This document shows, piece by piece, positions 28,759-32,000 of a DNA stretch of 32,000 nt. Both the position numbers and the translations under genes were made by a program. Source of the DNA: Bacillota bacterium (lineage in GTDB: Bacteria; Bacillota; Clostridia; TANB77; CAG-465). Positions within the stretch are counted from its first letter, which is position 1. Every line of letters begins with the position of its first letter. The DNA lies in contig JAEWPS010000038.1 in the NCBI GenBank assembly GCA_023460515.1, positions 93,338-125,337 of the forward strand, given 5' to 3'. The notes beneath the pieces are model-generated. The model was not told where the DNA came from. It saw nothing but the letters and a program-made list of their open reading frames with translations, and did no database searches.

Positions 28759-29712
28759 ATGGCATATAGTATAAAAGATATGGTAAATAAAAAAGCAAGA
28801 TTTGTAAGTGGTCATAGAATGTGTGCTGGATGCGGTGCTCCTCCTATTGTGAGAACTGTACTTAGAACACTAAAAGAAGATGATAATGCTTTAATTACCT
28901 CTGCAACTGGTTGTTTAGAAGTATCTAGTTGTATATATCCTTACACATCTTGGGGAAATGCTTCATTTATACATAGTGCATTCGAAAATGCAGGAGCAAC
29001 AATTTCTGGTGCTTCAGCTGCATATACTGCTTTAAAAAGAAGAGGTAAAATTAGTAAAAATACAAAATTTATAGCCTTCGGTGGTGATGGTGGTACTTTA
29101 GATATAGGTTTTCAAGCTTTATCTGGTGCAATGGAAAGAGGTCATGATATAACATACGTATGTTATGATAACGGTGGTTACATGAATACTGGAACACAAC
29201 GTTCTTCTTCTACTCCACATTTTGCAGATACTACAACTACCCCTGCAGGTTCAAAAATTCCTGGTAAAGTCCAAATGAGAAAAGATTTAACAGAAATAAT
29301 GGCAAGACATAATATTCCTTACGTTGCACAAACTGCTGCAATTGGAAATCAAAAGGATTTATATGAAAAAGCTGAAAAAGCTATATATACAGAAGGTCCT
29401 ACTTATATGTCAGTACTTTCTCCTTGCCCAAGAGGCTGGGGTTATCCTACTGATGATTTATTAATTATGAATAAGCTTGCTGTTGATACTTGCTTCTGGC
29501 CTTTATATGAAATTGAAAATGGTGTATATAGAATTACATATAAGCCTGCTAAGAAGTTACCGGTTGAAGAATTTTTAAAAATGCAAAAAAGATTTAAACA
29601 TTTATTTAAAGAAGAAAATAGATGGATGATTGATCAACTTCAAGCAGAAGTAGATAAAAAATGGGATTACCTACTTAAACAAGAAGAATTTACAAACAGT
29701 TTAAATAAATAA
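28759..29712 (+). CDS. 2-oxoacid:ferredoxin oxidoreductase, beta subunit (TPP-binding)
   Basis: CAGCG Fe-S/TPP region and the TPP motif GDGGTLDIG...DNGGYMNTG. ATG at 28759 (8 nt after GAGAGG) preferred over the GTG at 28750. Confidence 0.9.
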   Translation: MAYSIKDMVNKKARFVSGHRMCAGCGAPPIVRTVLRTLKEDDNALITSATGCLEVSSCIYPYTSWGNASFIHSAFENAGATISGASAAYTALKRRGKISKNTKFIAFGGDGGTLDIGFQALSGAMERGHDITYVCYDNGGYMNTGTQRSSSTPHFADTTTTPAGSKIPGKVQMRKDLTEIMARHNIPYVAQTAAIGNQKDLYEKAEKAIYTEGPTYMSVLSPCPRGWGYPTDDLLIMNKLAVDTCFWPLYEIENGVYRITYKPAKKLPVEEFLKMQKRFKHLFKEENRWMIDQLQAEVDKKWDYLLKQEEFTNSLNK

Positions 29713-29716
29713 TATT

Positions 29717-29766
29717 AAAAATAACCTATAAACTTATTGCATAAGCTTATAGGTTATTTATTTTAT
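29717..29766. terminator. Bidirectional terminator between the oxidoreductase operon and paralog B
   Basis: 17-bp stem ataacctataaacttat / ataagcttataggttat (one mismatch), with T-runs on both strands. Confidence 0.65.
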
Positions 29767-29786
29767 CTTATTTTAAATAAAAAGAA

Positions 29787-31010
29787 TTAAATTATATAAA
29801 GTACTACACGAAAAGATAAACAAACACTAGCATTTGTTACACTTGGATAGTCATTACCTCGATATGCAGCTGGTGCGTATCCGCCACCACTAGCATAATG
29901 AACACCCCCACGGCAAACACGAGTAGCTCCATAAATTTCACTTGTCCAATCCCAAGTATTCCCTGCTAGATCGTATATATTATTTGCTTTCCACATTTCA
30001 CTATATCCTGCTACTTGCTTTGTTTTATATCCTGTAACATTTGCAGGGGCTATCGAATCATAAAAATTTCCCCACGATCTACTATCTGTTATATTTTTAC
30101 CTAAATTTTGTACCCATTTCATTATTGTATCCCACTGTGTACCAGTTACAAGTCCACTTTTTACTTTATCTGTATTATACATTGATTCAGATTTTACTTT
30201 TAAATCCGTATATTTTATATTTGCCCATACTATTGCATTTTTTTTACTTACTAATTGATCTACCCCTACTTTTCCAGCTTCATATCTTGCTATATAAAAT
30301 CCACCATATTTTAAAACTTGGTTTTTTTCATTTGTTACACCTACTGGTAATGTATCATCTGTTGTTGATGCATATGATATGTTAGTTGTGCACCATTTTG
30401 TATACGTTACATTTGTTCCATCTACAGGAACCCACACAAATTGGTTTCCATTAACATCCTCTATTACTAATCCTTTATTCCAGTCCGTTGGCCATGTCGC
30501 ACCGTCATTAATTGCTTTAAATCCCTTAGGTATTAACGGATTTTGATATGTTGCTACTTTACCATTTACAGTCGCATTTTCCGTTGCTATTACATTTATA
30601 CCTAATTCTATTTTATTTAATATTCCCATTTCTTTAATATAATCTTTTTCTACTAAAACGTCTCCCACATAAACTAATTCACCTTTTTGTATTTCTAATT
30701 TTGCACCGTCTGCAACTGTTATACTTTTAATATATTCTTTTATTGTTCCTGCTATATTACCCTGTGTACCATCCCATGCAGCTGCGTTAAATAATCTTGG
30801 ATTAAAAGAACTACTCTGCAAATACTTGCCTGATATAACAATTGCAAGCTCTGAATTATATTGTTCTATATTTGTTTTAAATTTTGCTTCATTTGCTTGT
30901 GGTATTATATTGCTATTTGTTAAATTAAGTATAACTGATCCTGCTAGTATTATAATAACTATAATGGTTATTATTAGTACTATTAATGATATTCCTTTAT
31001 TTCTTTTCAT
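29787..31010 (-). CDS. Prepilin-like N-terminus fused to an FGE/SUMF1-fold domain, paralog B
   Basis: Start at MKRNKG-ISLIVLIITIIVIIILAGSVIL (ATG 31008-31010, AGAGGT RBS). C-terminal motifs FVWVPVD, GGFYIARYEAGK, TGTQWDTIMKW, YDLAGNTWDWTSE, RVCRGG and FRVVL. Colinear with paralog A. Confidence 0.75.
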   Translation of the reverse strand: MKRNKGISLIVLIITIIVIIILAGSVILNLTNSNIIPQANEAKFKTNIEQYNSELAIVISGKYLQSSSFNPRLFNAAAWDGTQGNIAGTIKEYIKSITVADGAKLEIQKGELVYVGDVLVEKDYIKEMGILNKIELGINVIATENATVNGKVATYQNPLIPKGFKAINDGATWPTDWNKGLVIEDVNGNQFVWVPVDGTNVTYTKWCTTNISYASTTDDTLPVGVTNEKNQVLKYGGFYIARYEAGKVGVDQLVSKKNAIVWANIKYTDLKVKSESMYNTDKVKSGLVTGTQWDTIMKWVQNLGKNITDSRSWGNFYDSIAPANVTGYKTKQVAGYSEMWKANNIYDLAGNTWDWTSEIYGATRVCRGGVHYASGGGYAPAAYRGNDYPSVTNASVCLSFRVVLYII

Positions 31011-31060
31011 TATTAATATACCTCTTCTTTCTAATTTCAATAAAAATCATTATTTGCTAA

Positions 31061-31089
31061 ATTATACAACATATGTATTTTTTTGTCAA
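31061..31089 (-). promoter_or_regulatory. Consensus sigma-A promoter of paralog B
   Basis: Minus strand reads exactly TTGACA, 17 nt, TATAAT, about 50 nt upstream of the ATG. Confidence 0.55.
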
Positions 31090-31129
31090 TAATTTTAGAA
31101 AAAATTATATATTAAAAATATGTAATTTA

Positions 31130-31168
31130 AAATAAAGAAAAACGCTCTCTGCAACTATACAGAAAGCG
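31130..31168 (-). terminator. Rho-independent terminator of the 31176-31931 membrane protein gene
   Basis: 9-bp GC-containing stem (CGCUUUCUG / CAGAGAGCG in the minus-strand RNA, one G-U pair), followed by UUUUUCUUUAUUUU. Confidence 0.65.
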
Positions 31169-31175
31169 CCTTTTA

Positions 31176-31931
31176 TTATCCTACATATTTTAATTCATTA
31201 TCTTCTAATATAATATCATTTCCTTTTTTATTTAATAAGTATGCAGGTATATATGCAATAAATATTGCAGTTAATGCAACTAGTTCAAGCCAAAATATTG
31301 GAGGCATATATTTAACAAAAGGATATATTCTATATATATGAGATGGTAATTGTCCCATCATTATATAATTAGTATTAAATATTCCATTAAATATAGCCAT
31401 AACAAATACTATAATGTTACCTGTTACATATGCTTTTAATATATCTTTTTTATGTATTTTATATTCTAAAACAACCAATACATATATACTACTAAGTAAC
31501 ATGAAATGATGACTAATTATGAACTGCCAAAATATTAGTCTATCATAATCAAATTTCAAATCAGGCCATATAATTGCAGGTATTGGTCCTACAAAGGTAA
31601 AAAAGTATATTATACTATACAGTTTTCTATTTCCAGTTATTAGTACATACATAAATATATATCCCGTTATAAAACAAAAATGTAATGGTAAGTCTAATCT
31701 CCAATCATAGGTTTTAAGTATTATTTTAGATATATAATATACTGACATATTAATAAATAAAATAGCTGCTAAAATGTATCTAATGTTCTCTTTAAATTTT
31801 AAAGTTCTTAATTTATCCTTATATTTAAAAATGAGTAATGCTATAACAACAGTAGTTACGGATAAAAATATATGCATTGGTCCAAATAGTACAAATGGGG
31901 TACCACCAATCTCAGTAAAAAATTCTTTCAT
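31176..31931 (-). CDS. Polytopic integral membrane protein, probably the TIGR02206/YwaF-like family
   Basis: 251 aa with about 7 hydrophobic helices. The N-terminal F..FGP.H pattern and LPLHFC motif resemble that family from memory. GAGGGGA RBS. Confidence 0.5.
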   Translation of the reverse strand: MKEFFTEIGGTPFVLFGPMHIFLSVTTVVIALLIFKYKDKLRTLKFKENIRYILAAILFINMSVYYISKIILKTYDWRLDLPLHFCFITGYIFMYVLITGNRKLYSIIYFFTFVGPIPAIIWPDLKFDYDRLIFWQFIISHHFMLLSSIYVLVVLEYKIHKKDILKAYVTGNIIVFVMAIFNGIFNTNYIMMGQLPSHIYRIYPFVKYMPPIFWLELVALTAIFIAYIPAYLLNKKGNDIILEDNELKYVG

Positions 31932-31942
31932 TTATTTCCCCT

Positions 31943-32000
31943 CTATTTCATCTTCATTGAAATAACCTTAGATATTCCATATTCCTCCATTGTAATACCA
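31943..32000 (-). CDS. 3' end of an unidentified upstream gene (only 18 codons visible)
   Basis: Minus-strand frame ...GITMEEYGISKVISMKMK* is open to the window edge. Its stop lies 11 nt before the next gene's start. Confidence 0.25.
   Translation of the reverse strand, partial: GITMEEYGISKVISMKMK

Noticed and set aside
23293-31040. The two paralogs as ends of a composite transposon or mobile island.
   Set aside because: They are only moderately similar, protein-coding and in direct orientation. No transposase, recombinase, terminal inverted repeats or target-site duplications are visible.

Overview
This is a very AT-rich chromosomal segment from an endospore-forming Firmicute, Clostridia-like by gene content: dpaA/spoVFA, spoIIR and a YkwD-like SH3-CAP protein. 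I judged this by eye and computed no statistics. Most of the window is ordinary housekeeping, mainly on the minus strand: patatin-like lipase, tgt, gatCAB translationally coupled to a family II pyrophosphatase, a RIC di-iron protein, a TrmH-family methyltransferase, a PrsA-like PPIase, mfd, a NUDIX hydrolase, topoisomerase III and ligA. The last 9 kb is less ordinary. Two diverged paralogs of a protein with a prepilin-like N-terminus fused to an FGE/SUMF1-fold domain lie in direct orientation. They bracket a redox island holding desulfoferrodoxin-rubrerythrin, two tandemly duplicated monocistronic small-protein cassettes, and a gamma-delta-alpha-beta 2-oxoacid:ferredoxin oxidoreductase operon. 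One paralog is followed by a TfoX C-terminal-domain gene. Two housekeeping genes, the pyrophosphatase and topoisomerase III, each carry a single-base frameshift, either real or a sequencing artefact. I saw no rRNA, tRNA, CRISPR array, transposase or integrase. I cannot show that the window holds a new system. The best candidates are the pilin-like/FGE paralog pair and the duplicated small-gene cassettes.
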